Numbered from the stretch's first letter, positions 16,215-25,822 are shown. The stretch: DNA of 32,000 bases from Nostoc punctiforme PCC 73102 (GCF_000020025.1 NC_010628.1:1320001-1352000); one strand, 5' to 3'. Notes: generated by a model not told the origin, from the letters alone. Made by a program: numbers and translations.

Positions 16215-16502
16215 GAATTCACTTTGATTTCTGTTTGCGGAGCATAGCGTAGCCAATTTATTTGCAGTCAGGCAATAGGCAATAGGTAATGGGAAAGCAG
16301 GCAATACTTTTTGGTTAAGGGGAAAAGGGGAAAGGAGGGAAGGGTTTAAATTTATCTTTACTCCAAGCGCAGTAAGCTTTCCCCAGTCCAAAATAGAGTT
16401 ATTCGAAAAGTATTGGGAAAGCAGGCTTTTTGAGTTGTACTGAGGTTTTTCACGAAATCAAATATAAGCTCTATATACCCTTAGTTAATAATTCGTAAGC
16501 AA

Positions 16503-16539
16503 CAAGATACCCGATTTCTTAAATAAGTTGGGTATCTTG
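16503..16539. other. Perfect 10-bp inverted repeat (CAAGATACCC...GGGTATCTTG) with a 17-nt loop
   Basis: Read directly. Lies about 100 nt upstream of the CHASE2 kinase start, in an AT-rich spacer. Confidence 0.5.
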
Positions 16540-16636
16540 GTATTTCGAGAAAAGTTTCTAATTGCATAGAATAATTTCAATGATGAAAATTAGGATAAAA
16601 AATATGTATATTTTAAAATAAAACTTACCTAGAGAA

Positions 16637-18817
16637 ATGGTTACAAACTTAAAAAGTTTATTTAGACAGCCAGTTATTCTTTCAAGTGCGATCGCTACAA
16701 TTTTACTACTAGGCATTCAAAAACTTGGGGTTTTCGAACCTCTAGAAATGAAGGTCTACGACCAAATGATGCAATTACGTGGCGACCCAGGCCCAGACTC
16801 TCGTCTATTAATTGTTGCTTTAACTGAAAAAGATATTCAAAAATGGAATTGGCCCCTATCTGGCGAACTTCTAGAGCGACTATTGGGCAAACTTGAAGCT
16901 TATGAACCGCGAGCCATTGGTCTAGATATTTTCCGTGACTTACCTGTACAACCTGGTCATGAAAAACTACTGCAACGCTTACAACAGAGCGATATCATCA
17001 TTCCTATCTGTAAACATTCTGGTTCTAACAATCCGGGAATAGCAGCCCCAAAGGGGATTGAAGCAGAGCGAGTAGGATTTAATGATGTAGTAGAAGATAC
17101 TGACGCGACAATTCGTCGCAACCTATTATTGGTAAGTGCAGAAGAGTCCGATTCCTGTCAAAGTACTTATTCTTTTAGCTTGCAATTAGCACTTAAATAC
17201 TTAGAAGTTGGAGGTATCCAGCTAAAATTTACCCCCAAAAAAGAACTACAACTACGAGATACTGTATTTAAACCCCTACAAAGCAACGCTGGCGGTTATC
17301 AGAAAGCGGATACAAATGGATACCAAATTTTGCTTAACTACCATTCTGGTCATCAGATTGCCCAGAAAGTAACTATTACAGAAATACTTGAAAATCAAGT
17401 TAAACCAGATTTGGTGAAAGACCGCATCGTTTTAATTGGTTCAACAGCCAATAGTTTAAATGATATTTTTAACACGCCATTTGCTACTGGTAAGTCAGAT
17501 AATTCCGGGAAAATGGCAGGAATTGAAATTCATGCCCATAGCGTTAGTCAAATTCTCAGTGCTGTTCTTAACAAACAGCCATTATTTTGGTTTCTACCTG
17601 AATGGGGGAAAGTCCTGTGGATATGGGGATGGACTGTAGTTGGTGGGTTGCTGGTATCGCGGATTCAACATCCACTAGGCTTAGGACTGGCAGGAGCAAC
17701 AGCCCTTGCAGTCTTATTTGGAAGCAATTTTGTCATTTTTACCCAAGCTGGATGGTTCCCTGTAATACCTCCGACTTTGGGGTTAGTATTTACCGCCGGG
17801 AGTGTTCTTGCTTATAGTGCTTATAAAACGAAACAAGAGCAACAAGAAATTACCCAACGGGTTCAAGAACACCAACAATTAATTGTGGAATTGCAAGGTC
17901 TTTTACGGCAGCGCGGCGATGCCTCAAATGAAGCACCAACTGTAATTGCTGATTCCATCGGGCAAGAAATTTCATTAGGAACTCTACTAAACAATCGCTA
18001 CAAAATTACTCAAGGCTTGGGTTCTGGAGGATTTAGCAATACTTATTTAGCTGATGATATCCAGCGTCCTGGTAATCCGCAGTGTGTGGTTAAACAGTTG
18101 CGTCCCCCCCGCCAAGATGCAGAATATTTAAATGTCGTCAGACGATTATTTGACGCTGAAGCACAAATTTTAGAAACCTTGGGTAAGCATCCACAAATCC
18201 CTCAACTGCTAGCTTTTTTTGAAGAAAATCGGCAATTTTCTCTAGTGCAAGAATTTGTTCGAGGGCACGCTATGGACAAAGAAGTAACCTCAGGAAAGCG
18301 ACTAAAACAAGCTGAAGTTGTGGAAATGCTTAAAGAAGTTTTACACGTACTTGTTTTTGTTCACAGCTATGGTGTAATCCATCGAGATATCAAACCTAGT
18401 AACTTGATTAGACGAGAATCAGATCAACACATTGTTTTAATTGACTTTGGCGCTGTTAAGCAAATTCATCCTCAGCAGCAAGAAGCTCAGACTATTTCAA
18501 TTGGTACGCCTGGTTATGCACCTTCTGAGCAAATGAGCGGTTTGCCAAAACTCAACAGCGATATTTATGCGTTGGGAATTATGGGAATTCAAGGTTTAAC
18601 TGGGGTAGATCCTAGAGAATTTCGCAGAGATATAAATACTGGTGAAATAATTATTCAAGGTGAAGCTGATGGCAATCAACAGACTTGGCAACATTGGCGC
18701 GAACTAACTGACGCTACAAACGAGTTAGTTATTATTTTAAATAGAATGGCGCATTTCGATTTTACTCAACGATATCAGTCAGCAGCAGAGGTTCTCAAAG
18801 CTCTCGAAAGTCCTTAG
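16637..18817 (+). CDS. CHASE2 sensor domain / TM / Ser-Thr protein kinase
   Basis: CHASE2-like N-terminus (LLIVALTEKDI..W.WPL.........L....PRAIGLDIFRD), TM helices around aa 320-395. Intact kinase motifs: GSGGFSNTY, VVKQL, HRDIKPSNL, DFGAVK, GTPGYAPSEQ. Confidence 0.9.
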   Translation: MVTNLKSLFRQPVILSSAIATILLLGIQKLGVFEPLEMKVYDQMMQLRGDPGPDSRLLIVALTEKDIQKWNWPLSGELLERLLGKLEAYEPRAIGLDIFRDLPVQPGHEKLLQRLQQSDIIIPICKHSGSNNPGIAAPKGIEAERVGFNDVVEDTDATIRRNLLLVSAEESDSCQSTYSFSLQLALKYLEVGGIQLKFTPKKELQLRDTVFKPLQSNAGGYQKADTNGYQILLNYHSGHQIAQKVTITEILENQVKPDLVKDRIVLIGSTANSLNDIFNTPFATGKSDNSGKMAGIEIHAHSVSQILSAVLNKQPLFWFLPEWGKVLWIWGWTVVGGLLVSRIQHPLGLGLAGATALAVLFGSNFVIFTQAGWFPVIPPTLGLVFTAGSVLAYSAYKTKQEQQEITQRVQEHQQLIVELQGLLRQRGDASNEAPTVIADSIGQEISLGTLLNNRYKITQGLGSGGFSNTYLADDIQRPGNPQCVVKQLRPPRQDAEYLNVVRRLFDAEAQILETLGKHPQIPQLLAFFEENRQFSLVQEFVRGHAMDKEVTSGKRLKQAEVVEMLKEVLHVLVFVHSYGVIHRDIKPSNLIRRESDQHIVLIDFGAVKQIHPQQQEAQTISIGTPGYAPSEQMSGLPKLNSDIYALGIMGIQGLTGVDPREFRRDINTGEIIIQGEADGNQQTWQHWRELTDATNELVIILNRMAHFDFTQRYQSAAEVLKALESP

Positions 18818-19147
18818 TAATATGTTATGTAGCGTTTCCTAAGCAACTGAGGTAGACCTAAATTTTTTTTACCAAGCTTAGTAACTTTGAAAACATACCC
18901 CACTAGGGGAGTAACGCGAGAAAGTGAGATCATCGTGAAAAGAGCAAGGGAGCAGGGGGAGTAAAGGGAAAATTTTAGTATTTTTTACAAGGGTTATAGC
19001 CCTAAATACACTTGTTTCTTTTCCTCCCCCTGCCTACAAGTCACTGACAGCGCTGCATAAACCTTGAGATTATCTCAGTTAAATACATATCTGTTCAAGT
19101 TTATCCTGAACTTTACTCTCGATATATTAACCAACACAGCATCAGCG

Positions 19148-19360
19148 ATGAAACTCTTTCCTTCGCTTAATTTTGTACATATTGTTAGTTCTAGTGTCTT
19201 ACGTAGAATCGCTCGGACTCAAATAGGCACTCATAACAAGATTTGCACATCAATCAACTCTCATACTTTACGCAGCCATTCCACAAGTATCAATTACCTT
19301 AAACCCTTTGATACTGCTGTTATTGCTTATCACATGATGGGTCTTAGTAACTTTGAATGA
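19148..19360 (+). CDS. Small hypothetical protein (about 70 aa), paralog of 19518-19736
   Basis: The ATGAAACT start matches that of the downstream paralog. Shared pattern: QI.THN......NS..L..HST....Y..PF..A..A.H..G. The longer listed ORF from 19064 is unlikely. Confidence 0.45.
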   Translation: MKLFPSLNFVHIVSSSVLRRIARTQIGTHNKICTSINSHTLRSHSTSINYLKPFDTAVIAYHMMGLSNFE

Positions 19361-19517
19361 TCTTTTACAGTTCTTGCACTCCATTAGCTCATCCTAATGG
19401 GTGAGGAATAAATCAACCGATCGGGTAATCTGAATGCAGGAAGTTAAGACAGATAAAAAATAAGACTCTATTACCTAAGAAAACTAATTACACTTCACTT
19501 TAACTAAATAGAACCTT

Positions 19518-19736
19518 ATGAAACTTTCTATCTTGATAGATTCTGTACTCATTGTTACTTCGATTGCTTTATTGCCTGGGATGGGTGGCGCTCAAATAGT
19601 TACTCACAATAGTGGCGAACCTATAGCTGTCAACTCTAACAATCTACCCACTCATTCTACAAACGTCAGCTACCCCATACCTTTTAATGTTGCATTTCTA
19701 GCTCATCAAGGAGGAAAAGCTTCTGTTTCCCCCTAA
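19518..19736 (+). CDS. Small hypothetical secreted/membrane peptide (72 aa)
   Basis: Hydrophobic N-terminus MKLSILIDSVLIVTSIALLPGMGGA (signal-peptide-like). Paralogous to 19148-19360 and followed by a terminator-like hairpin. Confidence 0.5.
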   Translation: MKLSILIDSVLIVTSIALLPGMGGAQIVTHNSGEPIAVNSNNLPTHSTNVSYPIPFNVAFLAHQGGKASVSP

Positions 19737-19766
19737 TTATCATTCTATTACCAAAAATTACTTTAA

Positions 19767-19791
19767 CCCTTCCAACCTTGGAGGGGTTTTT
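19767..19791 (+). terminator. Rho-independent terminator-like hairpin plus T5
   Basis: CCCTTCCAA-CC-TTGGAGGGG followed by TTTTT. The stem has one G-U pair and the loop is very short. Confidence 0.45.
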
Positions 19792-20069
19792 AGTTGGTGG
19801 TTGCTTTTGGTGTCGTCCCCTTTCGCCAATGCACCTTTTCATATTTCTCCCAGAGGAAAGTGCGATCGCACCATGTACAGTACGTTTATTCCTATAATGC
19901 TTGTATAGCAACACTTTCGGCTATGTTACAAACCCTCTGATTACCCTGCTCCCACTGTAGCGCAGCCTCTTACACTCCCAGAAAAAAGGAGCGGGTAATA
20001 AATTATTTACTGTTCTATCAAATTAACGTTGTTAAGTTACTCAGCAGGTGTAGTTCTCACCTCCAGGCT

Positions 20070-20837
20070 GTGTTAAATATTGTGACGCGAAACAGGAGTA
20101 TAGATACGTTGCTAAAGCTTTCTCCAGAATCTCCTCTATTTTTTGTCTTAATTATTATTAGTTTTTTAATAGTAACTTTGTCAACTTGGTTATCATCTAA
20201 ACCATTTATTTTAAAACCATTTGGGTTGAATGATATTATCCAAATACTCACCTTACAGTTATTTATCTCTTTATTATTAGAGCGTTCTTTAGAAGTTTTT
20301 ATAACTACTTGGCGTGGCCCATTTGTTGAACAATTAGATATTAGTATTCAGCAAGAAAAGGCTCTTATATCCGAGAAGCTAAGACTTATGGAAGTCCAAC
20401 AACAACAGTTTCCTTCTATGGAATCAAATCAAACCATTGGGCTACCACCTGAAGGAATGAGTTTAGAACAGCAAATTATCCAGAATTTTACCCAAAGCCA
20501 ACAGGAATCATTAAAAATATTCAAGCCACAAATGGATAATTTAAATGAAAAAGAGCGCCAAAAAACAGCTTATAAATCTGATACACGAGTAATTGCTCTA
20601 TGGACATCCCTTTTATTTGGACTTTTAATGAGCGCAATAGGTATTCGCTCAATTGAACCACTTGTAGTTCTTGATTTCGATAATCCAATCCAAGTAATTA
20701 TTTTCCGTTGTTTAGATGCGTTACTGACAGGAGGTTTAATTGCGGGAGGTAGCGAGGGAATTCATAAGCTCATAAAAGTTTTCATTGACTTTATGGAAGC
20801 CACATCTAAACAAATAAAAAATCAAGGATTATCTTGA
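20070..20837 (+). CDS. Hypothetical membrane protein with a central Q-rich coiled-coil-like segment
   Basis: 255-aa ORF in a very AT-rich stretch. Hydrophobic helices are near both ends (PLFFVLIIISFLIVTLSTWL; VIALWTSLLFGLLMSAIGI). No family recognised. Confidence 0.55.
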   Translation: MLNIVTRNRSIDTLLKLSPESPLFFVLIIISFLIVTLSTWLSSKPFILKPFGLNDIIQILTLQLFISLLLERSLEVFITTWRGPFVEQLDISIQQEKALISEKLRLMEVQQQQFPSMESNQTIGLPPEGMSLEQQIIQNFTQSQQESLKIFKPQMDNLNEKERQKTAYKSDTRVIALWTSLLFGLLMSAIGIRSIEPLVVLDFDNPIQVIIFRCLDALLTGGLIAGGSEGIHKLIKVFIDFMEATSKQIKNQGLS

Positions 20838-20900
20838 TACAAGGAATCATTTTATTTTTAATAATACCGGAGAATCCTGCAATTACTATAACAATATCTA

Positions 20901-21674
20901 TTATAAATATATGTTGCAATCTTCCCATGAATAGTTATTAATATTTACATAACTTTTATTTAAGTTTTTAACTACATCTGCGTCTGCTAAAACCTTAACT
21001 CCTTCAGTTTTCAACTTATCTTTTTGTTGGTTCACATAAGTTATTAAATAACCCTTGTAGTCTAATATTCTATGTACTGGATAATTAGTAGCTGAGGTTT
21101 TTTTCAGATAGGTAGGAATAACTCTTAGATAACTATTATCAACTCCTATAGCTTTAATTATCTGTTTATATGTAACTACTTTCCCACTGGGAATTTTGAT
21201 GATAAAATCTAGAAATCGTTCATAAGGATTTTCAGGTAATGCTGGAAATTTATGAGCTTGAACCTGAAATTTACTACTAACTTGAATTTGACCTGATTTA
21301 GTAACTACGCCTAAAATTCCTCTTTTACCCTTGATGCTCTTGAATGATTCTACTAAGTGGGCTATTCGCTTACACGGTTCGCAGTAAAAAGTTAGACGAA
21401 TTGCCGCACCACTTTCAAAAGTTAGCAGAGATCCAGGAATAAATTTATTAAATCCTATACCTGTAACCACAATATTTTCTCGCAATTGTCCTGGTTGAAT
21501 TGATAAGTCTAAAATATCTTCATACCTAACAATTAAAACTTGCCTGGGACTTATCGAATCGGCATTAATATCTTCTTCTATACCATGACCTAACTTTAAA
21601 TTTAATGTTTTAAGCTCTACCATCGCAGAAGCTGGTTTTACCTTAGTGAAAAGATGAGTTATTGAGAGAGCCAT
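20901..21674 (-). CDS. MOSC domain fused to an alkyltransferase-like (MGMT DNA-binding fold) domain lacking the acceptor Cys
   Basis: N-terminal MOSC-like region (GHGIEEDI.......RQVLIV..E.......PG.LRENIVVTG...........L.F.SGA.IRLT..CEPC). The C-terminal region (FLDFIIKIPSGKVVTYKQI....G......RVI........NYPVHRIL) has PVHR where MGMT has PCHR. Confidence 0.75.
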   Translation of the reverse strand: MALSITHLFTKVKPASAMVELKTLNLKLGHGIEEDINADSISPRQVLIVRYEDILDLSIQPGQLRENIVVTGIGFNKFIPGSLLTFESGAAIRLTFYCEPCKRIAHLVESFKSIKGKRGILGVVTKSGQIQVSSKFQVQAHKFPALPENPYERFLDFIIKIPSGKVVTYKQIIKAIGVDNSYLRVIPTYLKKTSATNYPVHRILDYKGYLITYVNQQKDKLKTEGVKVLADADVVKNLNKSYVNINNYSWEDCNIYL

Positions 21675-21704
21675 ATTTATTCTGCGGCGCGATCACTTTT
21701 AAAC

Positions 21705-22364
21705 TTAGGAGTTGAAATCAGGTAAATCATCGGATTTACTAAGAATGAATAAACTTGCATCTCCTCCACGTCCAATTCTTAAGGTTTCATCTAAATAAGT
21801 AATGTCTAACGTCGCAGTCCTGCTAGTAGGATTATTAGCTGAGACAACCTTAAATGGGTTGAGTTGAGGAGTATTAATACCAACAATTTGTTCAATCGAT
21901 AGGTAGCGTTTGTCAAAATAAACGTTGAGGCGTTTGTTAGGTAGAGGTTCTAAATCTTCTTTGGCTAGCTCAAAGCTAGCTGTCACTTTAACATATCCTG
22001 ATACTATTCCTAGAGGATGTTTAACCTTAGCTAGATTGAAAAACAATTTATTTGCAACATCAATTACTTGATAAACTTTACCCAGCTTTAAGCCCAATGG
22101 GAGAGAAGCTAAAGACCGGATTTCTCTGGCAGTGGAGTATTGCAGTTGCCAAGCTCCGTCTAACAAATGAGTCGCGTTAATCAGAGGATTAAGATTCGGA
22201 TTGACGCTCTCTAGTTCCGTCGTCAATTCTTCAATTTCTTCGGCTAAGGTTTTGTCTAGCTTCAAATCGGTAACAGGAGAGCCATCGCTTTTAGCTTGAA
22301 TCTGCTCAAGCTTGGCTTGTAATTTTTCTTTAAGCAAGACGTGGTCCAAGTTGCGATCGCACAT
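21705..22364 (-). CDS. PAP/fibrillin family protein
   Basis: EIEELTTELESVNP..NP......LLDGAWQLQYSTAREI is a typical fibrillin/plastoglobulin-like N-terminal core. Confidence 0.8.
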   Translation of the reverse strand: MCDRNLDHVLLKEKLQAKLEQIQAKSDGSPVTDLKLDKTLAEEIEELTTELESVNPNLNPLINATHLLDGAWQLQYSTAREIRSLASLPLGLKLGKVYQVIDVANKLFFNLAKVKHPLGIVSGYVKVTASFELAKEDLEPLPNKRLNVYFDKRYLSIEQIVGINTPQLNPFKVVSANNPTSRTATLDITYLDETLRIGRGGDASLFILSKSDDLPDFNS

Positions 22365-22452
22365 TTTAAATTAGTGTTTGGATGAACTGAACCTGCTGCT
22401 TAATTTTGGATTTTAGAGACATCTAAAATCTAAAATCCAAAATCTATAACTC

Positions 22453-23166
22453 TTACAGTTGCCGCACTAATGGCTGACCATCTTTGACTTCACCAATCAA
22501 AACTAAATCGACACAGTTAACAAAAATACCATTCTCCAGAACACCGGGAATGTTATTCAATGTTTTTTCTAGGCTGACTGGATCTTCAATAGAGTCAAAT
22601 CTGACATCTAAGACAAAGTTACCTTGGTCAGTGATCACTGGGCCAGCTTTTTTGACACCCATGCGGAGTTCGGGTTTCCCACCGAGTTTTTTAATGGCAT
22701 TGGTTACAGGAGTAATTGCCATTGGAATCACTTCCACGGGTACAGCAAAACTAGAACCCAAGCGATCTACTAATTTACCACTATCTACCACGACGATAAA
22801 CTGTTCTGCCAGGTAGTCTACGACTTTCTCGCGGGTATGTGCTGCACCACCGCCTTTAATCAAATTCTTCTGCGGATCAACTTCATCTGCCCCATCAATG
22901 GCAATATCGATGTGGTCAATAGAATCCAAGGTAGCAAGAGGGACACCATACTGTTTCGCCAGCACTTCTGATTGAAACGAGGTAGGTATGCCAATGATAT
23001 CTTTGAGTTCACCAGACTTGAGGCGATCGCCTAAAAACTGAATCGTATATGCTGTAGTTGACCCCGTACCCAACCCGACGATAGAACCCGATTTTACTAG
23101 GGCGGCAGCGGCTTTGCCAACTTCTTGCTTCATCAACTTTACGGGATCTGTTCCTGTCATTCTCAA
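22453..23166 (-). CDS. rpiA: Ribose-5-phosphate isomerase A
   Basis: [27 protein letters not shown]...[16 protein letters not shown]. The start is possibly Met3 (23160). Confidence 0.93.
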   Translation of the reverse strand: MRMTGTDPVKLMKQEVGKAAAALVKSGSIVGLGTGSTTAYTIQFLGDRLKSGELKDIIGIPTSFQSEVLAKQYGVPLATLDSIDHIDIAIDGADEVDPQKNLIKGGGAAHTREKVVDYLAEQFIVVVDSGKLVDRLGSSFAVPVEVIPMAITPVTNAIKKLGGKPELRMGVKKAGPVITDQGNFVLDVRFDSIEDPVSLEKTLNNIPGVLENGIFVNCVDLVLIGEVKDGQPLVRQL

Positions 23167-23695
23167 AACTCCTGAAAAACTGACTATAGTCCATAGTAGT
23201 GGGCAGATAACATCAAAAGATGAAAGGTAAAAAACAAGTTTTTGCTAATTTCTGCTTCTTTTATTAGTAACTTGTAAAAAATAAAACATCAAATTGCCCG
23301 GAATAGAGGAGATTGCTCATGTCGAAAGATGGTATATTAATATACTATAGCTATACCAAAGCCCCAGCATACCGATCTTACCTTCGAGAAACTTGTCGCT
23401 GAGATCGCCCCAGAAGTGGCAAATACCTTGAGATTAGAGCAATTAGAAGCCATCAAAAGGGGTTTTAACTCTCGTGTTTTGACTCGTCATTCTTTAGACA
23501 TAAAAGTTTCAGTACCAATTCCAGGATTAAGGTTTTATCGGGACTTAAATAAAATAGGAGAGCAGAAAATAGTATAGTGCTATCTCAGCATAGCTTTCAC
23601 GTTGAAAAAAGCTGATGAAAGAAACCACCCCCGCAGCCATGCCTCCGTGCTTTGAAATCAGAGTTTTCTGGTAGCTGCTGACTCATAATTCAGTT

Positions 23696-25822
23696 CTACA
23701 ATCCCAACAGGTGAGAACCAGCAGCAACACCTAACCAAGTTGCAACTTTTACAATAATCGGCTTGGCTATTGTCCAGACTTTCTGACCAGCTTCCACGCC
23801 TTTACTCGTTTTATCAAGTGTTTCTGCCACAGTTCCCAAACGCTCTAATGCTCGTTGCTTATTTGGTTCTTCTTTGTCCGTTGCTTTCTTAGCTGCACTC
23901 AAGTCTTCAATTACTTCTTCTTTGGTGTCTGCTGGTAATTCTGCCCCTTTAATTAAAGTTTCCAGTTGAGCCAGTAATTTGACAACATCTTCTTTAGTGA
24001 GCGATTCAGTAGCATCTGCACCCACTTGATTTTGTTGAGTTACTTGATTGTTGTCACCCAAGACAGCTCGATCATTGTCTCCTTGCACTGCGCGGTTGTT
24101 ATCACCTTGAACGTTGTGGACATTGCCGCCAACTGAACCACCAATTGAAAATCCACCAGGGTTATTTGTCATAGTATCTACCTCTTCTACTTGAATATTT
24201 GAATAAAAACTAGGACGCTCCAGCGCCGTCATTACCATATTTTCTAATCTGCGGATTTGATTATCTTTTTCTGCTAAAAGTAATTTAATTTCTCGCTCTG
24301 GTAAACCTTTTATCTCATTGTAAGTGTCAAAATATTCAGCACTCAGTTCAGATTTATCAGCCGTCGCTGCGGTTTTGGCACGAAGTAAAAACTTATCCTG
24401 TCCCCGTTTCTCCATTGCCACAATTTCAAGTTCAGCATCAGGGTGATTCTGGGCTAATCGCTTAAAAGAAATTGCAATAGCACGAGGGTCAACGCCTTGG
24501 TTGTGGTAGAGGTCTAGGGTGTCGAAAATTGGTTGAATGAAATCACCAAACTCCCCCGGAGCAAACACTTCTTTATAATTATCTGGTTTGCGAAATGGGT
24601 CAGGGTTTTCTTTTGTGGGGAGACGCATATAAACGTATTCACACCGTACCCCATCAAATTTGGTATCGCTGGTGATTCCCCAATCTTCGATGTATGCACC
24701 TGTGAGAGTAGCACCTGTGAAATCAGTTCCGTCTAGTTGTGTTTGTACTAATTTCGCCCTTGATAAATCTGTGTCCTGTAAGTTGGCTAGACTTAAGTCT
24801 GCACCAATAAAACTTGCATCTACTAAATTCGCTCCTTGTAAATTTATCCCTCGTAAGTCTTGACGATCAAAGTTTTGCTCTCTTCCTTGACCCGTAACTA
24901 ATACTTTTATTAATTTTGCTTGCTCTAAGTACGTTGAATCGGAGCGAACTTGGTCTAGTTTCTTGGCATTATGAAAACGAGTACGGGTTAGATTGGCTTT
25001 TCTGAAATCTGTATTTTTGAGAGTTGCACCAGTAAAGTCAGCATCAGTTAAATCAGCACCAGAAAATCTTGTGCCACTTATAGTAGTAAAAGCGATGGCT
25101 ATTGAGTGCAGCCAAGCTAATTGTGGCATTCCCATTATGGCTTGCTGACTAGCATAGATGCTGATTGAAACTCCGATAGCAGAGGAAAATGCTACTTTAA
25201 ATACAATTAGATGAGGCTGACCTAAAATCAAAGGTATAACTGTAGAAACAACCCAAGCTATAAAACCTGCTCCTATGAGAATCCAAAAATAATATTTGGT
25301 CAAAATTATTACTGAAGTAAATATTATAGCCCCAGTTATGCCTACAGTAAATAACCAAAGTAAATTACCAGCAAAAGCTGCGGCTGCTTCATAATATTGA
25401 AAGTAAATTAGAGTAATACAACTAAATACAGCCAGAAAAACTATAGTGATTAAAGCTTTATTTAATCCTTGATAAATTGCTACTATTAAAAAAATTGTTA
25501 ACAAGATAGGATTGATGAATAATATTAAGTATTGACCAATTAGGTGAGAGGCAGGCAAGAGCTTACTACCTGCGAAAACAGCAACTACTCCTGCGGTAAA
25601 TAGTGATAATGCTCCTATCAAGAACAAAGTGATTAATAAAATTAACAGCCAATGGTTTTGCAATCCAGCTTTTGCCTGAAAAAAGTTGGCATTTCTCAAG
25701 TTGGCATCTGTAAAATCTGCTCCTCTGATATCCGCACCCTTAAAATTAGCTCCCGTCAGGTTTTGACCTTTAAATGAACGACCTTGGAGATTTTGACCGA
25801 TATGTTCCAATTGCATCAACAA
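23696..25822 (-). CDS. Pentapeptide-repeat protein with an embedded multi-TM block and a C-terminal coiled/low-complexity region
   Basis: A(D/N)LxG/A(N/D)FxG pentapeptide runs at the N-terminus and after about aa 255. About 6-8 hydrophobic helices lie between aa 55 and 250. QGDNxRAV repeats occur near aa 580. Confidence 0.88.
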   Translation of the reverse strand: MLMQLEHIGQNLQGRSFKGQNLTGANFKGADIRGADFTDANLRNANFFQAKAGLQNHWLLILLITLFLIGALSLFTAGVVAVFAGSKLLPASHLIGQYLILFINPILLTIFLIVAIYQGLNKALITIVFLAVFSCITLIYFQYYEAAAAFAGNLLWLFTVGITGAIIFTSVIILTKYYFWILIGAGFIAWVVSTVIPLILGQPHLIVFKVAFSSAIGVSISIYASQQAIMGMPQLAWLHSIAIAFTTISGTRFSGADLTDADFTGATLKNTDFRKANLTRTRFHNAKKLDQVRSDSTYLEQAKLIKVLVTGQGREQNFDRQDLRGINLQGANLVDASFIGADLSLANLQDTDLSRAKLVQTQLDGTDFTGATLTGAYIEDWGITSDTKFDGVRCEYVYMRLPTKENPDPFRKPDNYKEVFAPGEFGDFIQPIFDTLDLYHNQGVDPRAIAISFKRLAQNHPDAELEIVAMEKRGQDKFLLRAKTAATADKSELSAEYFDTYNEIKGLPEREIKLLLAEKDNQIRRLENMVMTALERPSFYSNIQVEEVDTMTNNPGGFSIGGSVGGNVHNVQGDNNRAVQGDNDRAVLGDNNQVTQQNQVGADATESLTKEDVVKLLAQLETLIKGAELPADTKEEVIEDLSAAKKATDKEEPNKQRALERLGTVAETLDKTSKGVEAGQKVWTIAKPIIVKVATWLGVAAGSHLLGL

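Noticed and set aside
16155-16391. 78-aa minus-strand ORF in the spacer after the FHA-MGS-like gene
   Set aside because: It overlaps the end of the 14220-16214 gene and runs through short repeats (GGCAATAGG, GGGGAAA). There is no coding signature.
9289-17817. Shadow ORFs inside the CIS and signalling genes: 9289-9492, 10438-10650, 11202-11444, 14789-15013, 14853-15110, 15014-15241, 15410-15604, 17602-17817
   Set aside because: All are embedded in strongly supported CDSs. Those at 14.8-15.6 kb are Ser/Thr-rich complements of the acidic repeat region.
19064-19147. N-terminal extension of the first small peptide ORF (listed from 19064)
   Set aside because: The downstream paralog starts with the same ATGAAACT sequence that occurs at 19148. 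The extra 28 codons have no counterpart.
19684-20251. Minus-strand ORFs 19684-19914 and 20057-20251
   Set aside because: The first overlaps the end of the small peptide gene and the terminator-like hairpin. The second overlaps the start of the 20070-20837 ORF in AT-rich DNA where stop-free stretches are uninformative. Neither has motifs.
23341-23577. Open frame of 78 codons (…LTFEKLVAEIAPEVANTLRLEQLEAIKRGFNSRVLTRHSLDIKVSVPIPGLRFY…) with no ATG; only a GTG at 23416
   Set aside because: It reads like real protein and might be a gene remnant or a short GTG-initiated ORF. I cannot assign a family or a credible start, so it is left uncalled. A TBLASTN against relatives would settle it.
22484-24863. 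ORFs 22484-22816, 23009-23194, 24514-24714, 24533-24736 and 24660-24863
   Set aside because: They lie within or antisense to rpiA and the pentapeptide-repeat gene, both of which have unambiguous family motifs.
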